From Calditrichales bacterium (GTDB lineage: Bacteria > Calditrichota > Calditrichia > Calditrichales > J004), in NCBI GenBank assembly GCA_965267575.1, contig OZ254086.1, forward strand, positions 2,560,001 to 2,624,000: 64,000 nt of DNA. Reading direction: 5' to 3'. The stretch's first letter is position 1. Every line of letters begins with the position of its first letter. The position numbers and the translations under genes are program-made. Below the pieces are notes generated by a model. The model had not been told where the DNA came from, searched no databases, and saw nothing but the letters and a program-made list of their open reading frames with translations. This document shows positions 1 through 10,645 of this stretch, piece after piece.

Positions 1-108
1 GGCATCATCGGCGTCTTCATGCTGAGCGCCTTTTTTGCCTTGTTGTTTGCCGTATCCGGTCTGCTGTTCCGCAAAGCCGCGGGAAGAGGTGACGGGGTAA
101 CGGGGTGA
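1..108 (+). CDS. 3' end of a membrane protein gene (partial)
   Basis: Frame 1 reads GIIGVFMLSAFFALLFAVSGLLFRKAAGRGDGVTG* (hydrophobic helix then basic tail); TGA at 106-108. Confidence 0.5.
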   Translation, partial: GIIGVFMLSAFFALLFAVSGLLFRKAAGRGDGVTG

Positions 109-125
109 CCGGGTGACCATGTATT

Positions 126-477
126 GTCATCCCGGCCTGTCCCGATGTGTTTTATCGGGGTTGGCATCTTTCTGCCACACCGGGATTCACTGCCTCGATT
201 GGAAAAGACCCCGGCGCAAGGGCCGGGGTGACAGGCCAGGAGACGGTCATCCCGGTTGGCATTGTTTCGCCACACCGGGATCTTTGCCGGGAGCGGATGC
301 AGACCCCGTCGCGGAGGCCTGGGTGAAATTTGGGGCTGTTGTCATCTCGAATCTCCGAAGGAGTGAGAGATCTAGGGTTTCGCAAACTCCCAGATCTCTC
401 CGGCATACGCCGTTCGAGATGACAGGGGGCATGGCTGGGAATCAGGAAGGGGCCCCGGCGCCAAGGCCGGGGTGACA
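126..477. repeat. Cluster of REP-like GTCA/TGAC-ended palindromes
   Basis: GTCATCCCGG..CACACCGGGAT units (126, 247), CCCCGGCGC..GGCCGGGGTGAC units (about 210-231, 449-476), GTCATCTCGAA..TTCGAGATGAC (341-423); related copies at 10.4, 18.3 and 19.8 kb. Confidence 0.85.
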
Positions 478-610
478 GGGTCGGGTTGTCTTTACTCCCG
501 TGGCGCTATATTTTTGCCGATAGCGTTAACCCATGACTTCAGTCATGGGCTGCGCCGGCAAACCAAAACCTGAACCGATTCATCGGTTTCCCATTTAAAA
601 CACCAACCCC

Positions 611-1108
611 ATGTCCCAACTCCCAAAAAGATACACCACCTTCCCGCTGCCCACGCGCCGCTACATCCCCGGCGAAGGCATCCACCCCAGCCGTCACCCG
701 CAGGGCAGCCACATCCCGCAACTGCCGGAGGAGCCGCAGCCCTTCAGCGACAGCACCTGGCAAAACTCGCCGCGCTACCTCTACGCTATCGACCTGTTTA
801 ACAGCGGCTACTATTGGGAAGCCCACGAGGTGCTGGAAGAGCTGTGGGTACGCGTGGGCCGCGCGACGCCCACCGGCCAATTTTTGCAGGGCCTGATACA
901 AATTGCCGCCGCCGTGCTGAAAAAGGCCCAAAACAAACCCCAACCCGCCCGGCGACTCCTGGACAAGGGGCTCGCCAAACTAAAACCACATAACGCCACT
1001 TACTTGGGCATAAACAGCGCTGCCCTTACCGAGGACCTGGAACGGTTTTTTGCGGGGGAGAGTGTTGGTTTGCCGGGGATGGTGCTTCGGAATTTCGATG
1101 GCAAATAA
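611..1108 (+). CDS. DUF309 domain protein
   Basis: AIDLFNSGYYWEAHEVLEELW and LQGLIQIAAA are DUF309 signatures. Confidence 0.85.
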   Translation: MSQLPKRYTTFPLPTRRYIPGEGIHPSRHPQGSHIPQLPEEPQPFSDSTWQNSPRYLYAIDLFNSGYYWEAHEVLEELWVRVGRATPTGQFLQGLIQIAAAVLKKAQNKPQPARRLLDKGLAKLKPHNATYLGINSAALTEDLERFFAGESVGLPGMVLRNFDGK

Positions 1109-1406
1109 TATGGTTTTTTTTAAAATCGTTACTGCAAAATGCTGGTGATTAGAGCGTGTTTATTACTTACGCCGGACTTATCACTTCTTTTGTACTTCAG
1201 TTAGCAGGAGCAGTTAATTTATATTATGTAAAATGTTACTCTTTTGATGATAACGAAGATAAAGTTGATTTTTATAGAATAGATGACTGCTATATTTTTA
1301 TAGTTAGGATATAGAGCGCGGTGTAGAACTTTTAGCTTTAAAACAGAAGGTTAGTGTTTTTGGAAGCTCTTTTTAAACTGGGCTGTTTATTGACAACGGA
1401 GGAGAT

Positions 1407-2873
1407 ATGGCAAAAAGGAACCTGTTATCCTGTTTGTTTTTTCTTATAATGCTTTATGGTTGTGATGACGTGGAGGTTGAGACAACACCGGAAGGTACAA
1501 ACTCACCGAGCATTTTTGTTTCTTCAGAAAAAGAAACTTGGTATCAAGACGAAAATATTCAATACTCCATAAACTATCGATATGCCAATGCAACACAAAT
1601 CCAATTATCAGTTGTTGAGGACGGTACGTATACCGAGACAAATCACCCTACGAAAACCATCACAGTCTCAGGTGATGGAAGTTATACCTGGAACATTAAT
1701 CCTTTATATTTGGAAATAGATATTGGCTATCGCGTTAAAGCCACTTGGAATAATAATAATATATCGACTAGTCATTATTCTTATTTAATAATTCGGGAAT
1801 CAGTTGCAGAGCAAAATGGTTCCTTAGCCATCTCATCTTTAACGGAAACTACTTATAACACAAATAACAAGAGCAAATTTATAGTGCCCTTAGAAGTAGA
1901 TATGGGGACATTGAGCCAGGAACGAACATACTTTATGCGTTGCTATCTTCAAAACAAAGAAACAAAGATAAGATACCAATTTAACGACGTCAGTTTCGTT
2001 CACGACGGAAGTTATTCTTTTTTTGAATTTGACAAAGAATACGGCGGGTCATTGCCCCACGGGCAATACGAACTGCAGGCGCAACTATTGTTAGATGGTG
2101 GCACGATTGCAGTAGATGCCGACGAATATAAAAATATTATGGTCTATGGTTTTGATAGCGACACCTATACCAAAGAGGTAACTATTGAATATGATTGTCA
2201 TTCAGACCATAATTTTTATAGTGACTATAAAGATGAAATGGATTTTAAAACTAAACAGGCTTTTGATCCAGTTTACTTTAAAATAAAATATGAGATTGAT
2301 GAAACAACTTTAGTAACAGACGAAGAGCATAATGATCAAATAAATGCTACGAGTACAGTCGAATTTGCAAAGATGCATGATATTGATAATAACGATGCAA
2401 ACACGGATACCCACCCTCATATAATTTTTATGGGTGCGTACATAAATCAATTCGGTGATGTTGATTATAATAATAGGGGAATAGCAGCATATAGCGTTGC
2501 GCAAGGCCAATATCCGTATATTTATATTTTTTTAGATGCGCATCGTGATGGTGAAAATGGGAATGGAAATTTGGAGGAAAACGATGTGTATAAAACCATA
2601 ATCCATGAGCTAGGACATGGGTTAGGCGACTTAAGGCATGCATCTGTCCAAAACCCAGACTATGACGCATCGTATCCAAATGAACACGATTCCCCTTATT
2701 GTGTTATGAATCAAGGCCTTGGGTATACAACGGGTCCTCTGTATGATGACAATGATGATAACTCTGATAATGATTTTTTGATACCTACATGGTATTTTGG
2801 TTCCAATCCGCATTATTGTGACAAAGATATAGCAAAAGTAAGGGCTAATATTAAATGGGGTACAGACCTGTGA
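1407..2873 (+). CDS. Lipoprotein with C-terminal zincin-like metallopeptidase motif
   Basis: RBS GGAGAT, lipobox LYGC, IIHELGHGLGDLRH (HExxH plus third His), later CVM (Met-turn-like). Confidence 0.65.
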   Translation: MAKRNLLSCLFFLIMLYGCDDVEVETTPEGTNSPSIFVSSEKETWYQDENIQYSINYRYANATQIQLSVVEDGTYTETNHPTKTITVSGDGSYTWNINPLYLEIDIGYRVKATWNNNNISTSHYSYLIIRESVAEQNGSLAISSLTETTYNTNNKSKFIVPLEVDMGTLSQERTYFMRCYLQNKETKIRYQFNDVSFVHDGSYSFFEFDKEYGGSLPHGQYELQAQLLLDGGTIAVDADEYKNIMVYGFDSDTYTKEVTIEYDCHSDHNFYSDYKDEMDFKTKQAFDPVYFKIKYEIDETTLVTDEEHNDQINATSTVEFAKMHDIDNNDANTDTHPHIIFMGAYINQFGDVDYNNRGIAAYSVAQGQYPYIYIFLDAHRDGENGNGNLEENDVYKTIIHELGHGLGDLRHASVQNPDYDASYPNEHDSPYCVMNQGLGYTTGPLYDDNDDNSDNDFLIPTWYFGSNPHYCDKDIAKVRANIKWGTDL

Positions 2874-2884
2874 GGAAAAGAATT

Positions 2885-3832
2885 ATGAAAGCTTTAAAAA
2901 TTCTAATTTTATTTTGCGCGTTGATTAATGCACAAGATATATCAGTAAAACTTGACCTTGGTGGAGAAAAATTTGAATACCTTGAGCATATTTTAATAAA
3001 GGTGAAAGTTATTAATAATAGTGCAGAAACTGTAAAAATCCACAAATCATGGTTAACCTATGGTCCGGATGTAAGGTTTATATTGCAAAACTCTCAAGGA
3101 GAAATATTTCCCTATACAGGTGATCATATAGACATGAAACAACCTAAATATGAAACCTATTATATCATTGATCCGGGAGAAGGACGACAATTTCCTTTGC
3201 GTGGTGGGTATTATTTTTTGACAAATTTCTATAAAAGAGACAATAAAGAAGGCTTCCCGTATTTGCCTGCGGATTCATATACGCTAAAAGGCCAAATAAA
3301 AGTAGGGGGGCAGGCCTATTTTTCAGAGGAAGTAAATTTTTATGTCACGCCTCCAAAGGACCCTCAGGCATTAAATCTTTTAAGAGAAATTAATAAAATA
3401 TTTCTGTACGATGACAAATATTATGAGACTTTAAAGTTATATGATGAACTTTACCAAAATCACAGGAATAGCATCTATAATATATTGGCTATTCCAAAAA
3501 TGGATTTTATGCTCGGATACAATAAAAATATTGCAATCAATGAACGAAACAGGGAAAAAGAAGAATTGAAAGAAAGGGCAATAGATTATTTGAAGGAGGT
3601 GTTTCGAAACAACCGGCAGGCTTTAATGGAAACAAAATGGATAATCATTGGAATGGTAAAGCAAGAGCGGGAAAAGCATATAAAGGAAATTTCCCAAAAA
3701 ATAGATAACAATGAGTTTATCGAAAGCTTTAACGGTATTATTAATAAAGAACTACCATCTGACCTGAAAATTGAAAAGGTGAAAAATAGAATTACCGTGC
3801 CCCCGGCTAAAATACAAAACGGCCAAAATTAG
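2885..3832 (+). CDS. Hypothetical secreted protein
   Basis: Signal-peptide-like MKALKILILFCALINA-QD; follows the upstream gene closely. Confidence 0.6.
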   Translation: MKALKILILFCALINAQDISVKLDLGGEKFEYLEHILIKVKVINNSAETVKIHKSWLTYGPDVRFILQNSQGEIFPYTGDHIDMKQPKYETYYIIDPGEGRQFPLRGGYYFLTNFYKRDNKEGFPYLPADSYTLKGQIKVGGQAYFSEEVNFYVTPPKDPQALNLLREINKIFLYDDKYYETLKLYDELYQNHRNSIYNILAIPKMDFMLGYNKNIAINERNREKEELKERAIDYLKEVFRNNRQALMETKWIIIGMVKQEREKHIKEISQKIDNNEFIESFNGIINKELPSDLKIEKVKNRITVPPAKIQNGQN

Positions 3833-3858
3833 TGTACTTGGCAGTGAAGGAGTTCTCC

Positions 3859-4326
3859 ATGGTTAAAAAATATTTTATTTATGCGTTCTATCTCTCTCTG
3901 GTTGTAAGCTTAAATGCCCAGGGGACGTATAAAACCGAAAAAGAAAAAATACAGCTAGTGATAAAATCAATTGAAAAAGCAATCCGTGCAGAAAATCATA
4001 TTGTATTGAACGAACTGTTTAAGGAAGATAATGATTTAAAAGACCTACCTTATGAAGAACGCGGAAACTTGTTAATTAATAACTTTTGTAAATCTTTTAA
4101 AATTACCACGGCCGCAGGCAACACAAAAAGTCTCCTGGATAGATTACAAATAAAAATTATGGAAGTTAAAGAAAATATGATCGTTCTGCGCATTTCCCTT
4201 TTTGGATACAATTTACAGAGCGCCGAATTTGAAATCGATTTTGAAAGATCTTCCTCAGAGCGCTATAGCTTTAATTATAAGCAGTTTAAAAATATGGTTG
4301 ATGATTTGGGAGGTCAAATACGATGA
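3859..4326 (+). CDS. Hypothetical secreted protein
   Basis: AAGGAG RBS before ATG 3859; signal peptide ending SLNA-QG; ATGA overlap with the next gene. Confidence 0.6.
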   Translation: MVKKYFIYAFYLSLVVSLNAQGTYKTEKEKIQLVIKSIEKAIRAENHIVLNELFKEDNDLKDLPYEERGNLLINNFCKSFKITTAAGNTKSLLDRLQIKIMEVKENMIVLRISLFGYNLQSAEFEIDFERSSSERYSFNYKQFKNMVDDLGGQIR

Positions 4327-7190
4327 AACCTGCAATCATATTATTGTTTACGTTTTTTCTCACTTCTCTATATAGTCAGGAATCTATTAACAGACTTCTA
4401 AATCTTCAGTATATAAGTAAAGAGTTTGGAATCAAAGAACTTACTCGACAAAAGACAATTGATGAACTTGACAAAGCAATTCTTCATTCGATTTCTGCCG
4501 GAGATATTTTATATGATGTTTCGAGCGGTAAGAAGTTTCTCTTTATAGTTGATAATGAATGGGATAGAATTGTTTATCTTAAAAAAGATGCTAATTATGT
4601 TCGTTCTTTCGGTGAAAATGGTTCCGGTAATGGACAGTTTTATAACCCGCAAGACCTGACGATTTTAAATGATGGTACTATGTATGTTGCGGATAATTAT
4701 AATGAACGAATTGTTCAACTACAGTTTAACTTTAGTACCGAGCAGATAAGCTTTGTGAAAAATATATCCATTTCCCCGTGGAAGCCGAGAAGCGTTGGGG
4801 TTTCCCCAGATAATGTTGGTCCTCTTTTTGTTGGTACCGAAGAAAATAAGCTTCTGGTTTTGTTTTGGAAAACAGCCATTTTTAAATACCCTGATGATTT
4901 TGGGGATTCTATTTATCCAAATGCATTAGAAAATAATGGTGGGTATGAGGTTGATGTTGATGACTATTACGTCTATTTCATGGATAACAAAAACAACAAA
5001 ATTTACGTTCTAAGTTACAATAGTAATGCCAGTTATCCTGACCATTTATTTACCAATACCTGGGATTATAGCTTTACCGGGAGCTATAGTAAAATATTAA
5101 AAATGACCGTTCATCAATCGTGGCCGGACAACTGCGCATATTTGTTATTCAGTGATAGTAAAATGCGCATAAAGGTAATGTCGTCAGGTGATGAGCAGCC
5201 TTTAATGATTCCTGGAGTTGAAAACAAGACAAATGGTGAATTTTATAATGTACAAGCAATTGGCATGGAGCCCGATCTTGGCGATTTATTTATCGGAGAA
5301 CGTTGGCGTCCACTGAATTCCGATCCGGACTGGAAGGCATATTGGTATGCACTTGGTCCCGAAATCCAAAACTTAAATCAACAAACGCTAGATTATCAAA
5401 ATGAAAACAAATTTACATTTAATATAGCGGAAGAGTCTAAGCTAACTACAAAAATTATAAAGTGGGATGAATCAATTATAACGCAGCTTACAGCTACAAA
5501 CGAAATATTCAAGGCCGGAGAGATTACCCAGTTTTTTAATGAATATTTTAATAATGAATATTTACCATACGGAACTTATAAATATGAAATAACTGCAAAA
5601 TCCGCATACCCTAAAGAGGGTGATAGCGATCCATCTAATCCGCAAGCGATTTTATATAAATCATTTACGGGTGGTGTCAATCCTAGTTCACAAGATATCG
5701 TTTGTTCTTCAAACTATATTGTTCAAGGGAATACATATACCGTGTACAGTCACGGTAATTCAGCAGATTTTAATCCTGAGCCGATCTTCTCAGATACATG
5801 GCGAATTGTCTCAACTACACATAACGGGGATGCCAACATTGCGGATATTACCGAAAATGGTAGTCCATATAAAGCTAGATATAGGGCCTCTCATTGGGAT
5901 AACAACCTTAGCAAAACAAATGACGTTGTGCACCAGGATCAAATTGGTGCTAGATTAGGCTTTAAGGGAATATGGACTTCTGAGAATATTAGTACGTTTA
6001 CGGTACATGAAGAACCGCCAGGTGGCTGTCCAATATTGTATGTAAACGAGACTCCCATCGCGAATCTTTTACCAACCTCAGAGCAGAATAATGGTAATCA
6101 AACAGATCGAATTGTGCTTCCTAAAGAATATCTTCAAGGTGAAGAGATAAATTTAAAAATTAAGGAAAGCAATGATGATATTTCCAGATTTGTATCAATC
6201 GAACTGGTAGTTGAAGACGTAGAAAAAGGTACAACTTTAAATGTCTCATCAAGTGGAGTGCGTATCTTAAATACAAAAGATTCTCGATTAAATATCAATT
6301 ATTCAGAATTATCAAAAAACGGTGTGATACCTGCCGGAACGCGATTTAATTTTTCATTGAATTTTAAGGGGGATGCGTTATTAGGCATTGATGGTCATGT
6401 TGTTGAGGCACAAGAAGAGCCCGAAGATCCAATCAAAATGCAATCCGTTTCGTTATATGAAGAAAGAAGCGACAGTTCAATTTTTATAGATGCACTACCT
6501 ACGAGAACAGTGCGCTATGAGGATAAATTCTTTATAAGTGATTCAATTAATTCTCCACACAGACGAGACTTTTCTCTTCTATTCCTGCAAGACTATTCAC
6601 TTAAGTCAATAAATTTATATTCTTCTGCCGAGAATGCTCTAATGAAAAAAATTACTACCGAATATTTTCCCAAGAAGGGTTATACGTTGCAGCCAGAAAT
6701 CCTTGAAAATGAAAGCTTAAATAAAACCAATACATCCAATGAAATGCACATATTAAAACCGGCTGGGGAGTTAACCCTAAAATATAAGTTTAAGCCTCTG
6801 AAACACGGTTATGAACGCTTTGCCTATTTGAGAGTTACTGGCAGGTATGATGAGTACAATTCTCCTGATTTGGCAGAAAGCACAGCTACGCCTAAACACT
6901 ATAAGCTATATCAGAATTATCCCAACCCTTTTAATCCTTCTACAAACATTACTTTCGGATTACCGCAACAAGCTAATGTTACTCTAACAATTTTTAACTC
7001 GATAGGCCAGGTTGTATATGAAGTATATAGGAGCTACCCGGAGCTTGGTTTTTACAAAATAGATTGGCATGGTAAAAATTTATCAGGTCTTAGAGTATCC
7101 TCAGGTATATATTTTTATCGAGTGAACATAACGGATTCCTCGAACAAACAGGTTTATTCAAAAACCAAAAAAATGTTGATTATTAAATAG
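4323..7190 (+). CDS. Secreted NHL/beta-propeller protein with C-terminal T9SS-type-A/FlgD-like sorting domain
   Basis: NHL-like FGENGSGNGQFYNPQDL..MYVADNYNERI; C-terminal LYQNYPNPFNPST..SSGIYFYRV..KKMLIIK. Confidence 0.75.
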   Translation: MKPAIILLFTFFLTSLYSQESINRLLNLQYISKEFGIKELTRQKTIDELDKAILHSISAGDILYDVSSGKKFLFIVDNEWDRIVYLKKDANYVRSFGENGSGNGQFYNPQDLTILNDGTMYVADNYNERIVQLQFNFSTEQISFVKNISISPWKPRSVGVSPDNVGPLFVGTEENKLLVLFWKTAIFKYPDDFGDSIYPNALENNGGYEVDVDDYYVYFMDNKNNKIYVLSYNSNASYPDHLFTNTWDYSFTGSYSKILKMTVHQSWPDNCAYLLFSDSKMRIKVMSSGDEQPLMIPGVENKTNGEFYNVQAIGMEPDLGDLFIGERWRPLNSDPDWKAYWYALGPEIQNLNQQTLDYQNENKFTFNIAEESKLTTKIIKWDESIITQLTATNEIFKAGEITQFFNEYFNNEYLPYGTYKYEITAKSAYPKEGDSDPSNPQAILYKSFTGGVNPSSQDIVCSSNYIVQGNTYTVYSHGNSADFNPEPIFSDTWRIVSTTHNGDANIADITENGSPYKARYRASHWDNNLSKTNDVVHQDQIGARLGFKGIWTSENISTFTVHEEPPGGCPILYVNETPIANLLPTSEQNNGNQTDRIVLPKEYLQGEEINLKIKESNDDISRFVSIELVVEDVEKGTTLNVSSSGVRILNTKDSRLNINYSELSKNGVIPAGTRFNFSLNFKGDALLGIDGHVVEAQEEPEDPIKMQSVSLYEERSDSSIFIDALPTRTVRYEDKFFISDSINSPHRRDFSLLFLQDYSLKSINLYSSAENALMKKITTEYFPKKGYTLQPEILENESLNKTNTSNEMHILKPAGELTLKYKFKPLKHGYERFAYLRVTGRYDEYNSPDLAESTATPKHYKLYQNYPNPFNPSTNITFGLPQQANVTLTIFNSIGQVVYEVYRSYPELGFYKIDWHGKNLSGLRVSSGIYFYRVNITDSSNKQVYSKTKKMLIIK

Positions 7191-7304
7191 TTTCAAATGA
7201 TAGCAAAGCTGCCAATAATTGAGGACAAGCTTTAAATATTAAATAAATCATATATATTGGCTCAAATCACGACATCATTTGTGACCAACCAAACTTTAAA
7301 ACAC

Positions 7305-7337
7305 AAAAAGCCGCCCTCCTTGCAGAGAGCGGCCTTT
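7305..7337. terminator. Intrinsic terminator between convergent genes
   Basis: AAAAAGCCGCCCTC-loop-GAGAGCGGCCTTT. Confidence 0.6.
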
Positions 7338-7386
7338 CTGTCTTTCCGTGTTTTCGAATGGGAGGTTCGGTGACGCGGAAAGAAAA

Positions 7387-9591
7387 TCAATGCCAGGTCA
7401 GGTTTAGCCCCAGGTAGATATTGCGTCCCGGCGCCGGCAGGTTGTTCACGCTCAGGTGTTCGTGGTACGTTTCGTCCAGCAGGTTCTCCACGCCACTTTT
7501 TATCTCCCAGGTGTTGCTCAGGCGGTAGCGGGCGCGCAGGTTCAGCAGGGCAAAGCCGTCGCTTTTATCCTCGCGCGTGTTTTTGGCGGCAATGTACGAT
7601 TGCTGTGCTGCCGCGCGCAGGCTTGTTTCCAGCCACCAGGTGTCGTTGCTCCAGGTCAGCGCAGTTTCGCCTTGCAGCGGCGGGATAAAAGGCAGGTTAT
7701 CGGCCAGCGTCAACTGGCGTCCGCGTGTGTATTGCAGGCTGCCGTTCCAGCGCCAGCCGCTTGTGATCTGCCAGGCCGTGCTCAGCTCGCCGCCGTAGAG
7801 TTGGGCCTTCCCCAGGTTCTCATACAGCTTAAAACCGGGACTCGTAATGCGCCCGCCGATCCAGTCGCTGATGTGCGTGTAATAGAGACTGGCCTGCCAG
7901 GCCCAGCGCGTGCCGTTAAAGGTCCATGCCGTTTCGATCTGCCGGTGGCTTTCGCGATCCAGTTGCGGGTTGCCGTTGTAGAAATGGCCGTCCAGCAGGC
8001 TGTAGACGAAGTAGCCGTAATTCTCCAGGTGCGTCGGCAACCGCCCGCCCAGCGACCAGCTCAGGCGCACGCTGTTGGAAGTGTTCACGTCGTGCTCCAG
8101 CGACTGGCTGAAACTCAGCAGCGTGTAATCTTTGGCCGATTGCTTATTTTCCCAAAAAGCCTGCAACTGGCGCTTACCGAAATTATCCAGCAGGTCGCGT
8201 TTGGACAGATCCCCGCGCAGGTTGTGGCGCACCCGCCAGCCGCGGGCAAAAGCCCATTGGTGGTCCAGCGCCAGCGCGCCCTGGTCGATGCGTGCCTTGG
8301 CCATGTTCACCAGGTAGGCCGGGGCGATATCTGGATTGAGGCTTTGCATATCCATATCGGCGAAAGCCTCCAGGCGGTAGGCGTCCAGCGTCAGGGTCAG
8401 GCTGTGCTTTGCCGATGGCGTCCACTGCAATTTGGAAAGAAATCCCGCCGTGCGCGTGTTGCCGTACATCGGCATGTACATGTTGGGCATCACCTCGCGC
8501 TGCGTCACGTCGCGATCGTAATCATCCATCCAATGGTCGATGCGGTTGTAATAGAGTTTGCTTTGCAGCGCATGCAGCGTGCGGAAAGGCAGCTCCCAGT
8601 TGTGCGACAGCGCCAGCATGTGCGAACGGGCCTCCGTGGCATCCATCAGCAGGGCGGGGTAACCCACATCCAGCGCCACATCGCCGATGTACTCCAGCCC
8701 GATGTTGTGCGCCGCCTGCTGCGTGGAAAGCGCCAGGCTGTAGTTGGTTTTGTCGTAGCCGGAGTTGGCGATCGTTTTATTGCCGCCCGCCGTGTAATTG
8801 CCGGCCTGCTTGCGGCTTAAGGTGGCCTTTACGGCGATCGCCTCGTTGCCCCAGTTCAGCGATCCGCGCCAGCGTTTCAGCTCGTTGGCCGATTCGTAGC
8901 CCGCTTCGCTCTCCAGGCGCAGGCTGCTGTTGTACTGCGGCCGCGCCGTTACAAAGTTGATGCTGCCGCCGGCGGTGGCCCCGTGGTTCAGGTCAAAGCC
9001 CCCGCGCGACACCTCGATGCGCTCCAGGTTCTCCACCTCCACGTAAGCCGATACGGGATCCATGCGATCGACGCAGGCGCAAAATATCTTCATCCCGTCA
9101 ATCACCATGTTGACGCGCCCCTCGCTCATGCCGCGCACGGTGGGCTCGGCGGCGAAGTTGGCCCGGCGCACCATGCTCACCCCGTCAAAGCGGCGGATGA
9201 TGTCGTCGGTGCTGTTCAGCCACTGGTCCTGGTTTTTATCCAGCGGCGGACACTCGCAGCGGTCGCCGCTCACCGCAATCGTTTCACAGTGATCGATCAC
9301 CGCCGGCTTCATGCTGATCTCGATGTTTGTGTCGCTCATAAGGTGTACATCGCGCAGCACCTCGCCGTAAGCCACGTTGCTGACGCGCAGCGTGTAATGG
9401 CCCTGCGGCAGTGTCATGCTGAAGAAGCCCGTGCTGTCCGTGGCCGTGCCCATGGTGCTGTTCAACACCGAGATGTTGGTCCAGGCCAGCGGCGTGTCGT
9501 CATTAGCGTCGCGCACGATCCCCGAAAGGCGCCACTCGGCCGCCCAGGCAATCGCCGCGCAGGCCAGTATTAAAATTACAATTCGTTTCAT
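7387..9591 (-). CDS. TonB-dependent copper receptor (OprC/NosA-like)
   Basis: N-terminal carboxypeptidase-regulatory-like domain; plug motif ACVDRMDP (CxxxM) and DHWMD as in OprC; Met-rich loop MPNMYMPM; C-terminal PGRNIYLGLNLTWH. Confidence 0.8.
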   Translation of the reverse strand: MKRIVILILACAAIAWAAEWRLSGIVRDANDDTPLAWTNISVLNSTMGTATDSTGFFSMTLPQGHYTLRVSNVAYGEVLRDVHLMSDTNIEISMKPAVIDHCETIAVSGDRCECPPLDKNQDQWLNSTDDIIRRFDGVSMVRRANFAAEPTVRGMSEGRVNMVIDGMKIFCACVDRMDPVSAYVEVENLERIEVSRGGFDLNHGATAGGSINFVTARPQYNSSLRLESEAGYESANELKRWRGSLNWGNEAIAVKATLSRKQAGNYTAGGNKTIANSGYDKTNYSLALSTQQAAHNIGLEYIGDVALDVGYPALLMDATEARSHMLALSHNWELPFRTLHALQSKLYYNRIDHWMDDYDRDVTQREVMPNMYMPMYGNTRTAGFLSKLQWTPSAKHSLTLTLDAYRLEAFADMDMQSLNPDIAPAYLVNMAKARIDQGALALDHQWAFARGWRVRHNLRGDLSKRDLLDNFGKRQLQAFWENKQSAKDYTLLSFSQSLEHDVNTSNSVRLSWSLGGRLPTHLENYGYFVYSLLDGHFYNGNPQLDRESHRQIETAWTFNGTRWAWQASLYYTHISDWIGGRITSPGFKLYENLGKAQLYGGELSTAWQITSGWRWNGSLQYTRGRQLTLADNLPFIPPLQGETALTWSNDTWWLETSLRAAAQQSYIAAKNTREDKSDGFALLNLRARYRLSNTWEIKSGVENLLDETYHEHLSVNNLPAPGRNIYLGLNLTWH

Positions 9592-9599
9592 TATGCACC

Positions 9600-10379
9600 T
9601 TACTCAAGCAGAAAATCAAAATGACTGGTGAACAGCGTATCGCCCGCGCTCAGAACGGCCACATCGACGCGCCAGTCGCCGGTCATGGTAAAGTTGACCG
9701 TGCCGCGGTAGAGGCCGTTGGCGTCATGCACCGGGTCCACGTTGTTGGGCGAGCCGTGACCCATGGAGGGCATGGTCGGTTCTACGTGCAGCGTGGCGTT
9801 TTCCACCGCCGGGAAGTTCATCATCGTTTCGCGTGTGTGCAGGCACAGCTCGATGTCGTTCAAACCCACCTGAGGGTCGCGCGGCTCTTTCAGCGTTAAA
9901 AAGTAACGCGCGCCGTCGCTGCCGTCCACGGCTTTCACGCGCTGGCTGGCTGCCACGTCAATCATAAAAGTGTGTTCCAACTGCTGCGTGCTCACCTGGA
10001 ATTGCGCCGTCACCTGCCACATGCCGCTCATAATAAATACGAAATCGGTGGCGTAAAGGCCGTCGTTGTTTTTGCCGTGGTGCATGTAGGGCGAGCGGTG
10101 CATCATCGTGCCCATGTCCATCATTGGCATCAGGTCCACGCGGACATCTTCAAGGATATCATTGCTGGCGGAATCAGACACCAGCGCGTAGAGTGTATTA
10201 AAGCCCACCGCCGGCATCTCTTTGGAATAAAGTTCAATTTTCAAGCCGTCCGTGTAGCCTTGCTGTAACAGGTCATAATCCTGTGTCTGCAGACCGTTTT
10301 CATCCGGCCCGGTACTATCTTCGCTGCAGCCCCACATCAGGAGTGCCGCCAGCACTGTTATTTGCATAAAGCGTTTCAT
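9600..10379 (-). CDS. YtkA/FixH-like Met/His-rich lipoprotein (probable Cu-binding)
   Basis: Lipobox MWGC; two Ig-like repeats with MPMMDMGTMMH and TMPSMGHGS, followed by FIMSGMW / FTMTGDW. Confidence 0.75.
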   Translation of the reverse strand: MKRFMQITVLAALLMWGCSEDSTGPDENGLQTQDYDLLQQGYTDGLKIELYSKEMPAVGFNTLYALVSDSASNDILEDVRVDLMPMMDMGTMMHRSPYMHHGKNNDGLYATDFVFIMSGMWQVTAQFQVSTQQLEHTFMIDVAASQRVKAVDGSDGARYFLTLKEPRDPQVGLNDIELCLHTRETMMNFPAVENATLHVEPTMPSMGHGSPNNVDPVHDANGLYRGTVNFTMTGDWRVDVAVLSAGDTLFTSHFDFLLE

Positions 10380-10434
10380 TTTTTTGTCTCCTCAGGCATA
10401 CTCTGCCTGTTCCTTGTCTTAAGATTTGTTTTTT

Positions 10435-10624
10435 GTCATTTCGAACGGACGTGAGAAATCCAGTCATGTGCTGCATCCCGGATTTCTCACCCCTGCCGGG
10501 GATTCGAAATGACGGTTTTCCTTGGTCAGAAGATCCCGGTGTGGAAAAAACACCAACCGGGATGACACTACCGACCTGTCACCCCGGCCTTAGCGCCGGG
10601 GCCTCTGCCGGGGATTTGAAATGA
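10435..10624. repeat. Cluster of REP-like palindromes
   Basis: GTCATTTCGAA..TTCGAAATGAC, GATCCCGGTGTGG..CCGGGATGAC, GTCACCCCGGCC..GCCGGGG; same families as 126-477. Confidence 0.85.
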
Positions 10625-10645
10625 CAGTGTTTCCTTTGGCCACTG

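Noticed and set aside
113..475. ORFs at 113-475, 152-406, 247-432 (also 10433-10624 and 11083-11268)
   Set aside because: They are translations of palindromic repeat clusters, with no RBS or protein-like features
7456..8820. Long antisense ORFs (7456-8820, 13978-14877, 15194-16387, 32782-33717, 35455-36285 and others)
   Set aside because: Shadow frames opposite well-supported genes, expected from codon bias
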